Shown here: positions 26,631-38,644 of the stretch, piece by piece
Layout: every line of letters begins with the position of its first letter
Position numbering within the stretch: position 1 is the first letter of the stretch
NCBI GenBank assembly: GCA_028023455.1
Contig: JAQFVV010000005.1
Location: 12,090,001-12,154,000, forward strand
Direction: 5' to 3'
DNA: 64,000 nt
Source: Epiperipatus broadwayi
Taxonomy: Eukaryota; Animalia; Onychophora
Program-made: the position numbers and the translations under genes
The notes under the pieces: generated by a model
What the model was told of the DNA's origin: nothing
The model's database searches: none
Seen by the model: only the letters and a program-made list of their open reading frames with translations

Positions 26631-28713
26631 TGTAACGGGAACCCCTCACTCTAACCCGAGATTACGGCTTCGAAACAAACATGACATAGCGTAAGGCTTT
26701 ATTTTTTTTTCTTACATCGACAGTTATTCACGATCCACATAAGGGGGCGCCAGATACGATTATTTAAGTTGATTTTAACTACTCGCATCACCTTACATCA
26801 TGTCAAAACGATTTCAAAGTCTAATCCCACCCACTAGCTCAAAACTCCCAGCATGGACCAATAAGGTGTCTCAAGGTCGTTACATGTTTATTTCTAAAAT
26901 GACTCCTCCCGGAAAGACGATTGACCCTAATTAAAATCAGCAAGGTTTTCTACTAAGTCGATCAGGTTAAGGATCGTTTATTGGTTATCACTGACCTATG
27001 AGGTTGTTACACCCCGAACACAAGGCTTACAAGTTCATCCCCCGCTTTATTGTATATAACATAATTTATTGACGTTTATTTTGATTATAGACCCGCCTCT
27101 TAAATCTATCTTAACTAAGGTGAAATAAGAAACATCGTGACTTACGGACGATGGGACATAATTAATAAAATAACTAAATGAAAATTAAAATTGACTAAAT
27201 CTACTTCAAAGATAAGTTATCAAAGAATAAATAACTACGGTTTTGATTGTGTGTGAAAAGATTTGAGATATGCTCGACTTGATAAGATATTGAACAAGTT
27301 TATTAAATATGAAAAGAAACATTATTAATTAATTTATTACGAACATTATTAATTGATTTATTAAAAACATTATTAATTGATTTATCACACACGCGCACAT
27401 ACATTCACGCCCACAGAGAACCATAAGTATTCATAACACAATTTGAATGACGAGAAAGTTCCTTTCTATTTGATAAATATATAATCTTTCCTTAGCTTCA
27501 CTTAAGTTCAAAGTTCATGTTTACAAAGTTCAGTAACAAAGATAAACTATCATGGAGGAAAGTTCTAAGATTTATTTGAGTAAATTTATGTTGGTTAATT
27601 TGAGATTGCCTTACGAGTTTATTAATTGAGTGAGTGAACAGAATAAAAAAACATATTTACCTAGGATTTGTCTTGGTTGCAACGAAGGTCGATTGGTCTG
27701 GACGAGTTTGGGTGTTTCACGGAACATTTCTTTTATTAGGAGCATTCACTTAACATGGCGATGTTATCAGAATTTCATAGTCGGAGATATTTCAGTAGCG
27801 GAGCGCGATCAGCCACTGAAGGGTTGATTAGCCCCTCATGACAGTCGGCGCTCTTGGTATTAATTTCATGATGATCATTTTAAGTATTGCGGAATAACCA
27901 AGCTAATTCAGAACAATTCTATAAAAGCATAAGCATCGGAATAAATGAACAGGTGGTAATTCAGCGTACTGAGAATTGGAAAATAAAAACAATAATGAAA
28001 AGGTATTAATCGAAATGAATCGAATCGAACTGAATCCAAACAACTCTTTCCAAAATTAATTGATTAATTTTTTTTTAATGCCCTATGAATAGGTTTTGAC
28101 TAGTATTTATAAGGGTTGATCCATATCTTAGGATCCAATCTACCCCCATAGTTCCCTGTTCTTGGAGTTGTCGTTCAGGTCCGCGTTTGAGGTACTTGCT
28201 CACTCACTCTTTGTGCTACAGGCAATTTTTATTTTGGGACAATCTCATTTTGCGATCTCACTCAACCACCTTATTCCTTCACACCTCGAAGGCATGCGTG
28301 TGTGCGTGTGTTTTACTAGAACAATACAAGTTATTTTAAATTTAGAAGTCGAGCATTTATCTTTTCCTCAAATCTTTTCCATAAGTTTTATTCGAGCTAA
28401 AATTATATTTCTAAAATAAACATTTTCTAATTCCCCGTGGTGATTTTGATTGATAATTATTTTTATTATTTTAGGAGTGCGTATTATTTTTTTTTTTCTT
28501 TAGGAAAGCATATTATTTTTTGTTATTAATTTTATTATCTAAAGGCTTTAATCATTTAATTAGAGTTTTTCTGATTTATCAATGTGTTTATAAAATGTAT
28601 TTATGAGAGAAAGAAAACTATTACAATTAGAAATAAAGTTAGTGTTATGTTGTGTGGGTGTGTGTGTTATGATGTATCTAGATTTAATATTGATGTAACG
28701 CTGTCTCGTTACA
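26631..28713 (-). mobile_element. Solo LTR (Gypsy-like), 2083 bp
   Basis: TGTAACG...CGTTACA termini with 4-bp TSD ATAG (26627-26630; 28714-28717). No coding region; three ~23-bp tandem copies near 27318-27386. Strand inferred from a minus-strand AATAAA near 26700. Confidence 0.75.
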
Positions 28714-29074
28714 ATAGTGAATATGACATGATCACCATTTCTTATGCTTGCTCATAACTGTTATTAAAACAGGATGCCACTCAATGCCAACCAGAGTAGT
28801 CAATGGATGCCAGAAGACTTGTGCATAAAATCCCTATCTAGTGCCTACTCATCCAATATCCCCAGACTAATTTCTAGATTGTGGCTTTCATCCGTGAGTA
28901 GCCTTGGATCTGAGAGCACTGCAATAGATCTTAGGATCTAATGCAATCCTCCAGCAGCTATCTTTGATCTCTACTTAACTACAAACTATGAGAATAAAAT
29001 TGAAAACACAATAATATTTTCCATCCAAGTTTGTTAGCTTATATAGTCATATAGGTCTAAACTCAGTTGGTTAC

Positions 29075-29865
29075 TATATGAGAGATGCAAAAATTAAAAT
29101 GAAAATGTTAGGTAGATTGCAGAAAATAAAAGAATAGCCAAAATAGTATTTAATTGGGTTATGAGTAAAGGGCAGGCAACAAAATGGGTGGGAAAGGTAA
29201 TACAGTATGCAAAAGATTTGAATAAAAAATTTATATCAGTATTTTTGTACAAAAGATGGGATGATTGTGTTAGGAGGATTGTTGAGTGTTATAGTGGTAA
29301 GGAATGGGATAAAAAAATAGATTTATTAATAAAGAATAGGGAATTAGAGAGATGGAGAGTAAAAAGTGTTTAAATATATATAGAAATAAACAGAATATTA
29401 GCTGTGAGTTAATATATGATAATAGTAAGGAAAGTAGTTTATTGTTTAAGGCTGGAACAGGATCTTTAGCAACAAGAGAATATACATGTAAATGGAAAAA
29501 TATGGGTGATTTAGTCTGTAAATTATGTAAGGAAGGAATAAAAAATATTAGGCATTTGTTAATTGAATGTAAATGCTTGAAAACAGAAAAGGCACATATT
29601 ATGAAGTTATGGAAAAATAAATATGAAAAAAGTGATTATAGAGAAAGTAGATTATTGTTTTTTATGCTGGGTTTGGAAAAACATAAGGGGGATTTAGATA
29701 TAAAGGCTATAGAGTTGACAAAGATTATGTTGTGGAAATGGGATGGAGAAGAATATGGAAAAACTTAGACAGTGAAATGTAAAATTAAATAACTAACAAG
29801 TTTCTCTTGGTAAAATTGCTGAGAGATTCTTGACTTCATTTAAGAAGTTACAGTACATCACATCC
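29075..29865 (+). mobile_element. 5'-truncated LINE (clade uncertain), post-RT region with C-terminal CCHC-like motif and (ACATC)n tail
   Basis: ORFs 29161-29373 and 29352-29768 (CKLCKEGIKNIRHLLIEC); closely similar to ~50455-51258; tail gagattcttgacttc...acatcacatc. Confidence 0.85.
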
Positions 29866-30270
29866 TGTTTTAATAACAGTTTTGAACAAGCATAAGAAAT
29901 GGTGATCATGTGATGTTTAGTGGTTTAATACCAATCCTGCCTAATAGGATAGTGGTGGCTATGGTTATTAAAGAACCGAAGACACCAAAATGTATAGGTA
30001 CTGAACTGAGTTCAGACATATGACTATATAAGCTTATGAGTTTCAATTGGAAAATTTGTTTTCAATTTTATTCTCATAGTTTTGTAATTATTGTAAATAG
30101 CTGCTGGAAGGGTGCATGAGATCCCTAAGATCTAGGTGCAGTGCTCTCAGAACCAAGGCTCCTCACTGAGGAAAACCACAAGCTAGAAACTAGTATGGGG
30201 GTATTGGATGAGTAGGCACTAGATAGAGAATTTATGCACAAGGCTTACTCTGACTTGCACTGAGTGGCAC

Positions 30271-30345
30271 TAATGTATGGAGAGTTTTGCTGAGATATTC
30301 TTGACTTCATTTAAGGAGAAGCCACAATACATCACATCACATCAC
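30271..30345 (+). mobile_element. Isolated 3' tail of the (ACATC)n LINE inside R2
   Basis: gctgagatattcttgacttcatttaaggagaagccacaatacatcacatcacatcac, nearly identical to 34934-34991. Confidence 0.75.
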
Positions 30346-30693
30346 GCCTGTTTTAATCATAGCAAATATGCTTTTTTCTTTATATTTCTCTAAATAAAAG
30401 TTCATACTTTTTCAATATATGACCACTTTTGAAAGTGATTTGTTGCTTTCATTACAAATTGATAACTTTCATTTTATTAAGGAAAGAACAAATTTTCTTA
30501 AATTATGATTAGTAAACATTTTATCAAACAAAATATCACTTGACCACCACCTCTTATGCTTGTGTATAACTTATTAAAACAGGCAAAACTCACTATATAT
30601 ATATATATTGCCACACACAGCAATCTAGAGTAATCAATGGATGCCAGAAGGCTTGTGCATAAAATCCCCATCTAGTGCCTACTCATCCAATAT

Positions 30694-30733
30694 CCACAGA
30701 CTAGTTTCTGGCTTATGGCCATCGTCAGTGAGG
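30694..30733 (-). ncRNA. Minimal type I hammerhead ribozyme motif (R2)
   Basis: Reverse complement: cctca-CTGACGA-TGGC cataa GCCA-GAAA-ctag-TC-tgtgg. Full core, GUC site, palindromic ACTAGT stem III. Confidence 0.8.
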
Positions 30734-31146
30734 AGTCTTGGATCTGAGAGGACTGCACCTAGATCTTAGAATCTAATGCAACCCTCCAGTAACCACCTTT
30801 TATCTCCATTTAACTACAAAACCATGAGTCTTAAACTGAAAACACCTTAATGTTTTCAATCCAAGCCCATTAGCTTATATAGTCATATTGGTCTGAACTC
30901 AGTTCAGTACCCATACATTTTGGTGTCTGGTTCTTAAATAACCATAGCCACCACTATCCCATTAGGCAGGATTGGTTTTAAACCAATAAACATCACATGA
31001 CCACCACCTCTTATGTTTGTGTATAACTGTTGTTAAAACAGGCGAAACTCACTATATATATTGCCAAACACAGCAAGCTAGAATAATCAATGGATGCCAG
31101 AAGGCTTGTGCATAAAATACCCATCTAGTGCCTACTCATCCGATAT

Positions 31147-31186
31147 CCCCAGACTTGTTTCTGGATTATGGCCTTTGTCAGTGAGG
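31147..31186 (-). ncRNA. Degenerate R2 hammerhead motif
   Basis: Reverse complement: cctca-CTGACAA-aggc cataa tcca-GAAA-caag-TC-tgggg (G8A, stems II and III damaged). Confidence 0.55.
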
Positions 31187-31456
31187 AGCCTTGGATCTGA
31201 GAACACTGCACCTAGATCTTAGGATCTAATGCAACTCTCCAGCAACCACCTTTTATCTCTGAAGACACCAAAATGTATGGGTACAGAATTGGGTTCAGAC
31301 CCATATGACTATATAAGCTAATGGGCTTGGATTGAAAACATTAAGGTGTTTTCAGTTTAAGACTCATGGTTTTGTAGTTAAATGGAGTTAAAGGTGGTTG
31401 CTGGAGGGTTGCATTAGATCCTAAGATCTAGGTGCAGTGCTCTCAGATCCAAGGCT

Positions 31457-31496
31457 CCTCACTGACGAAGGCCATAAGCCAGAAACTAGTCTGGGG
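31457..31496 (+). ncRNA. Minimal type I hammerhead ribozyme motif (R2)
   Basis: cctca-CTGACGA-aGGC cataa GCCa-GAAA-ctag-TC-tgggg. Full core, 5-bp stem I. Confidence 0.8.
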
Positions 31497-31914
31497 ATAT
31501 TGGATGAGTAGGCACTAGATGGAAATTTTATGCACAAGCCTTCTGGCATCCACTGATTACTCTAGCTTGCTGTGTGTGGCAATATATATATAGTGAGTTT
31601 TGCTTGTTTTAACAACAGTCATACACAAGCACAAGAGGTGGTGGTCATGTGAATGTTTATTGGCTTAAAACCAATCCTGCCTAACAGGATAGTCGTGACT
31701 ATGGTTATTAAAGAACCAAAGACACCAAAATGTATGGGTACTGAACTGGGTTCAGACCCATATGACTATATAAGCTAATGGGCTTGGATTGAAAACATTA
31801 AGGTGTTTTCAGTTTAAGACTCATGGTTTTGTAGTTAAATGGAGATAAAAGGTGTTTGCTGTAGGGTTGCATTAGATCCTAAGATCTAGGTGCAGTGCTC
31901 TCAGATCCACGGCC

Positions 31915-31954
31915 CCTCACTGACAAAGGCCATAAGCCAGAAACTAGTCTGGGG
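31915..31954 (+). ncRNA. R2 hammerhead motif with G8A core change
   Basis: cctca-CTGACAA-aggc cataa gcca-GAAA-ctag-TC-tgggg, 458 nt after the 31457 copy. Confidence 0.6.
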
Positions 31955-32377
31955 ATATTGGATTAGGCACTAGATGGGAATTTTATGCACAAGCCTTCTG
32001 GCATCCATTGATTACTCTAGCTTGCTGTGTGTGGCAATATATATAGTGAGTTTCGCCTGTTTTATCAAACAAAATAATGTATGATTAAACTTTTGGAATT
32101 AAAAAAGTGAAGAAAAAAATGTTGGTAATTTTAATATATAAAAGTGCTTTAGAACTAATGAAAGTGTTTCAAAACACAATAATGGCATACCATTTGTGAT
32201 ATTTACTTATAAAATTTACAAATTTGTTATGTATTTTTATTTTTTGTTTCTGTATTTACATTTTTTTAAGGGTAGTATGTAATATTTACCGAGGCTGTAA
32301 CCTCGAGAATATGCATGTAAAATTGAAGTAGTAGAAACAGAAATAATTCTAGCTGAAATCTGTATAAAGTATTTGAA

Positions 32378-32552
32378 ATTCCCCATAGCTATATTGTTTC
32401 AGCCACATCTCTCAACTTGCTGCAAAAAATCAGAATATTCTTTATTTAAAAGGAGGAATGTGGCTGAAACAATATAGCTATGGGATGTTTCATATATTTT
32501 AAATTGAAGTAATATATATATATATATATATATTACTTCAATTTTAAATATA

Positions 32553-32588
<36 letters not shown>

Positions 32589-32646
32589 GGAGGAATGTGG
32601 CTGAAACAATATAGCTATGGGATGTTTCATATATTTTAAATTGAAG

Positions 32647-32682
<36 letters not shown>
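32378..32682. repeat. Small inverted-plus-tandem repeat cluster with (TA)n
   Basis: cccatagctatattgtttcagccacat (~32381-32408) is the reverse complement of atgtggctgaaacaatatagctatggg (~32459 and ~32595). A ~70-bp unit is duplicated across (TA)n tracts. Confidence 0.8.
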
Positions 32683-32685
<3 letters not shown>

Positions 32686-33880
32686 TACTATTAAAAATAT
32701 ATAATTTTTTCTTTTGGTGCATTAATAATATTGGTCTGGGGATGAGTTTTTCGGATAGGATTTTAGATATTTTCTCTTACTGCTCTTATCAATTATGAGC
32801 TTGTTTGAGCTATTGGTATGCTCTCTGTATTACATGTTTATTGCTTTCAGATGTTTTTCTATACTTTTTGTTAGAAATAATTGTTTTATTCTGCTTCTCT
32901 GTAATTAAGTTTATCCTTGTTTATTTTTTTAATCACATCTACTTTTTGTATCTTAAATGTATATATCTATTTCTTTTAAGGTATCTTTGATTCTACAATT
33001 AATTTGGCTAAATTGTTTAGAAACATTAGTATAGTCCCAATATTTTTTTAATCTATTTCTTCAATAACTCCTATAGATTTTTGTTTTTATAATAATTCAA
33101 TAAACAATACTTAATTTTATTTTATAATTATATATATATTAAGCATTTATTTTATTTAAATTAAGTCTTCCCTTTTTTTTTTTTTTACTTAAGATATACA
33201 TAGAAAGTGGACAATAATTTAATGAGATAAAAAATCAAATATTGATAATTAATAAATTAGAAAAAATTTATGGAAAATACTATGTAGAAGAAATAGAGCA
33301 GTAGAAAATGAAATATATATTAGAATGTGGAAAAGATTTGATAGTTGCAGTATATTGCTACAACAAGACAAACTACTGCTTAAGTTCCCAAATGGGATTC
33401 ATAAACAATATGAAGAATTCAAACACAATCTTATTGGTTGGGAGACAGCTTTCATTCTGGTTTGCAATATCTTCTATTGCCTGCCCATAAATTAATCCTC
33501 AACATTATTGTCTTTTCTCTTTGCTAATACTCAATACTGAGCAGGTAATATATCGCTCTAGATTTGTAAGAAGAGAGCACAATTGTTAGAACAATTCTAC
33601 TTTTCTCTGAGGCTAATTATATATAATGACCAATATAATTTGTAGTTCACCATAAGGGCATTATTTCTTAAAACATTAATGTATTCATTATATCTGTAGG
33701 AATTAGATTTTCTAGGCTATATAATATATCATTGTCATTAAGACAACCTGACTGTATGTAACCATATTTGTTTAATGCATCTTAAATGTTTCCGTAATAT
33801 GTTTAACTAAACCTGTTCATTATAAAATGTATGATAGCCACAAGATACATGAATCATTTGTACATATGAATATGTGAAAC

Positions 33881-33937
<57 letters not shown>

Positions 33938-34933
33938 CTCATGGATAAATGATAATGGTAATCACTCCTCATACATAGTTGATATAGTAAGTATGTGTAG
34001 GGTGATGAAAATTATTTAAAATTCTTGTAAATTGAATGTATTATTTTTTCATTGAATGTTCATGCATGGATGTGTGTGGGTGAGATATATAAAAGCATCC
34101 TACTTGGATTATATAAACAAATAAAGATAAATAAAATGTATAACTAAACCAATCCATGTAGGAGCAATTTAATTAAAGCAAAAGAGCTTGACATAATTAT
34201 TTTTTAAAGAAAAACTGTTAATTTGATTAGATTTGAAAATAACAAAAAAAAAACAAATATACAAACCTGGTTATTAAATTAATAACCCATTCTTTGATAA
34301 TTAATTTTATTATATATATATATAATTAATTTTATTGGCTGAATGAGGTAAAACTCTAAACTTTTAATTGGTCAATTCACAAACTCAGCCCTAAAAATAT
34401 ATTCATCTTTTAATATTATATTCACTTTAGTTTCATTTGTAAAAAGTATATTAATAATTTGTCAGGTTATGAAAGTGAACGAAAGTTTTTTCAAAAATAA
34501 ATTTTTATTTATAATTATAAAAATATTTGATAGCGGCAAATCTGAAACAAATCTAAAATGAACATTAGTAACCAATTGAAAAGTGTTGCTGACATCAGTG
34601 AGTTTTTTCTCAATTTTATGTTGTGGAGAAGTAAATAATTTTTAATTAAATATTTTTATTTTTACCATATTTTATCAAAATAATTTATAATAGGTCAAAA
34701 AATACATTTAAAATGGTCTAAAACATTCGTTTATCACTTTCAAAATGAAACAAAAGAAATTGTAGCGGTAAAAATTATTGACAAGCAGTTTTCTTTGTCC
34801 TAAATAGTTGCAAGCCAATCAGTGCTTAGAACGGACTGCCCCTCCTTTTGTTAGATCTTGACCTCAGTATTATTGATTTTTTACTTGTAAAATAATTCAA
34901 GAGAGGGCAGCATCTTATGGAACTTTTTTTTTT

Positions 34934-34991
34934 TTTTGCTGAGATATTCTTGACTTCGTTTAAGGAGAAGCCACAATACATCACATCACAT
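34934..34991 (+). mobile_element. Isolated 3' tail of the (ACATC)n LINE
   Basis: Matches 30285-30345 and the ends of the LINEs at 29865 and 51258. Confidence 0.7.
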
Positions 34992-35139
34992 AACTTTTAA
35001 AAAGAGCATAAAATCTTTATGGTAGTGTTAAAAATGACAGAATTTGAGCAACTTGAAGCCGGCAACGGTTTAGATCGAAGAACTCCATTATTGGTAATAC
35101 ATTGTACAGGCTTACACACACCTGCACATATATAATGTA

Positions 35140-35378
35140 ATAAGCCTGCCCATTAAAGTATGAAGATTGGCTATCTTAATATAAAGCTGAGCACTGATTG
35201 TATTTAGGTGTGAGGATAGTAATCTCGACCAACTGATGATTGCTGGTTAGCATGAAATAAGTGTATTGGTGATTATTTATCTTTTCAACATGTGTATGAT
35301 CAGGTGGGTCAGCAATATGAGATGGCATGGAGAGTTGAGGGTTGTGTGAAAATCTGAGTTCGAATCCCTTATATTAAA
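35140..35378 (+). mobile_element. R1 single truncated copy with hammerhead motif (35228-35270) and B-box-like sequence (35356-35368)
   Basis: accaa-CTGATGA-ttgctggttagcat-GAAA-taagtg-TA-ttggt; gagttcgaatccc; colinear with ~47960-48195. Confidence 0.75.
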
Positions 35379-38300
35379 CCTGGTTATTAGTATTTTTAAT
35401 TACTAATGTCTTGAGCAATTTAATTTTTTAAAAAATGTATCGGAATTTGTAAAAAAGATTTAAAAAAGAAGGTATCACATTTTTTGATTAGCACTGGAAT
35501 GGAAGATTTAAAAAAAATTGGTGTGGTTCTAATTATTAGAAAGAGCAGTAAAAACTTTTGCTTCATGGATTACAATTATTATTTATTACTGCAGTCAGAA
35601 AAAAATGCATTGTTGATTAATTAACTTAAAGCATATCAGTCTACCATTATTATATAGCCATCTTCTGAAAACTACCTGAGCTTGAGATAACCCTGGACAG
35701 ATTACATTGCCTATGAAGAATGTGTGCCCCTATTATTATTTTTTTTGTGTGAAAACAGAACATTTAAATGGAATTAATTGAAAATAGAAATTTAATGCTA
35801 TTCAGAAATGGATATTAGAAAATATATATCATGGTAAGACTATTCCTTTCAAAATTTTAACATAAGAAAATAGAAAAGGCCTTAATAAGTCAATATAATC
35901 TGATTACTTTATTCAAATTTATTTCATGTATATTATTTGTTAAATTAGTTGTATCTATTTATTTTATGACCTTAGCTAGTGTGTGAATGTATTCTAATAA
36001 TTTTTAACTTGTGTGTGTGTGTGTGTATGTATGATTTAATTGTATCTGGTAAATAAAAGGTTATTAGTTTGTAAAATTCAAGTTGTCAGTGCAAATGCTC
36101 ACATTAGCACTTATCAGTTCCATATTTATATATAAAAAAATAAATTAGTGAGAATGTTTAACCACTGATCAAATACCAACTGTTATCATAAAATGGGCAA
36201 TGATAAATTTGAAATTGATCCATTTTGCATTTTTTTATATAACTTTTTTACAAATGAAAAGGTTGGCACCTAAGTAAAGGTTGAAAATGTATGCCTTTTT
36301 TTAAAAAATAAATTATTTCTGAGTGGTAAACTTATTTTGAATTATTAGTGTGGATTTTGTGGAGGTGATTGAGAAATAAAATCCATTTTTTAGGTTCAGT
36401 CATCTCCATTCTTATCTACTTTATATGTGACTGAAATTAGTCTCATTAGTCATGTTTAAAGTAACGGGCACATACGTACGTTACATTATTTTTTATTAGT
36501 AAACATAAAAAAAAAAAAGTTCGCCAATAAAAATTTCTTTTTTAAGAATTAAAAACTGAAAATTAAAAAATCATCTTAAACTCGCATATATATAAAATCG
36601 CACAGATAAATATTTATTAAAATAAAACTTTATTAAAAAAAGAGTAGTTTAAAACTAAATTTTCAGAAAAGATTTAGAAATAAAAATATATGTTTAAGTT
36701 TGAAAACAAATTAATTAATCTTTTGTAAAATGGAAATGATTATTTTAATTAGTAAACTAGCCTTTGGGCATTTAAATGTATATGCATCAGTCAGATAGGA
36801 AAACAATAGAAACTTTTAGAAAATGAAGGAAATCCATCGGGAAATCGGACCTCAACGAAAAGGTTTTCACCATCATGATGTAATGTTGAGTTAATCCACA
36901 AAATTATTATAAAAGGAAAGGTTTGAAAATAAAAGTGGGAATTAGTTATTACGAAAGTACAGATATGTGTTAGTGCAAAGTTGAAGGAGAAGGAATTGAA
37001 AAGATGCACTCTTCAATCCCTTCAGTTCTACTAAGAAAGAAAGAGAAATGAACTATCATTTTATACATTGAGGACCAACTAAACTAAAAGGCCTCCGGAT
37101 AAATAAAAACAACAACAGCTAACTCAACCAACCTCTTTAGGACAGCGTGGGAATTCATGTTCATGGCAAGCAATGGATAAAACTACGGACATGTTAAAAC
37201 CGTAAGAACTTTATAATTAATGAACATTAAATTAAAAACTTTCCGTATTTAAATAATACAAATAGAATCCTATCTGACCAACGTAAATTAATATTAATAA
37301 TGTCATTTGATGTATTTTTATTTTATTTTAAATCATTTCCATTTATTTATTTATTTATTTGTTCTTTAAGTTTTATTATGATTTCTGTTTTTCATTAAAC
37401 TAGTTATATAAATATTAAACTTAAGTCGGGCGTGAATGGCTATATAGATTTGTAAAGTTATATTAGGGGAGGGTAATCTTAGGTTATTTGTTTCATAGTT
37501 AAATTGGGTCAATGGATTGGATATATTGGTGTAGTTAGTAGATGTAATGCAAGATTCGCTACGGGCAGAATCGTTTGTATACGCCGCACTCACCCATTTG
37601 CCTATGGAAGGAATTATAAGTCGGAGACCGCAGTTCCTTTCTATGGAGTTTTTTTATTGCTCTTCTTGTCAGATAGATGTATGTAATCCTATCTGATGAG
37701 AGGCAATTTCTTCTCTTAACTTTTTGTGCTGCCATATTTCGTATTACATTGAATACATCGATATATCAGATGAATTGGCGTTAGTTCAACTGCGAACTTT
37801 TGGCCTAAGGTTAAATAAGGATAGAATATTTTCTTTCAAATGCAAATCTATGTAGTCTATTTATACTCGACACTAAATAAAAATGCATTAAATTTAAGTT
37901 GTTTATAGATGCTTGCATGGATTGGTTATCGGTTAATTATGTTTTGGGTTTTCATAGGTGATCAAAATATATAGACATTCGGTAAATACTGATACCTTAT
38001 GGTGAGTATCTAAGATGTATTTATTCGGATGTCTTTTAAGTTATTGGTGTTAATGCAGTGTCTTATGATGAACACCATTGGGTTTCTTATATTACCTATG
38101 CAATTGACGGTATCAATGATTTTGTATTTTGATCGTTTATGTTTACTTTGAAATGTTTTTGACCGTGTAATCTATGTAACCGATCTATACTCAACATTAT
38201 AAAACAAACTTTCATAAATCCATCCGAGCGAACTTAATTAAAATGTAAACTTATAATATTATAAAAATTAAAATGTAAATTTAAATTATAAAATCAAATT

Positions 38301-38644
38301 AAAATCTAAAATAAACATACTAAAATAATAATGTTAAATTTTATATATATATATGTGCATAAATAAATTTTTGTATGTTAATTACTGGCAGTAGCTTATT
38401 TTATTTATTTTTTAATATTGAAATATAATTAGATGAGATATTATATTACTAAATCTCTGCTACTCCCTGAGCTAGTGACTTGGGCTAACGACCGGAATCA
38501 AAATTTAAAAAAAAAAAAAATTTTTTTTTTGACTTACGTATCTGCCTACTTTATAAATTTTTCTAGGTTCAAATGCCTAGATGGCGCCCTGTAGTGCAAA
38601 TCACGTTAAGTTCTTTTCTCCGGATCATTACAATATATAACATT

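Larger units (their letters stand above)
28726..30353. mobile_element. R2 hammerhead-repeat insertion I: inverted arms interrupted by LINE pieces
   Basis: Left arm 28726-~29070 and right arm 29866-30353 are opposed R2 copies. Degenerate hammerheads at ~28860-28898 (-) and 30161-30200 (+). 17-bp TSD taatcatag(tg/ca)aatatg once the solo LTR is removed. Confidence 0.8.
30536..32059. mobile_element. R2 hammerhead-repeat insertion II: ~458-nt tandem monomers in two opposed arrays
   Basis: Left arm 30536-31260 (period 457: tgaccaccacc at 30541 and 30998); right arm 31261-32059 (period 458). TSD ttttatcaaacaaaata at 30519-30535 and 32060-32076. Confidence 0.92.

Noticed and set aside
26740-26760. 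Minus-strand TGGCGCCC resembling a primer-binding site
   Set aside because: It lies inside the TSD-bounded LTR and is not preceded by a CA terminus.
30536-32059. CRISPR array or MITE interpretation of the repeats
   Set aside because: There are no short repeats with unique spacers. The arms are opposed copies of a tandem monomer with variable 13-17 bp TSDs, not fixed TIRs.
36780-37700. GC-richer segment with gtcagatagg / cctatctga inverted motifs
   Set aside because: Probably a repeat remnant, but no boundaries, TSD or protein motif could be established.
37688-37720. CTGATGA-GAGG/CTTC
   Set aside because: Not followed by GAAA.
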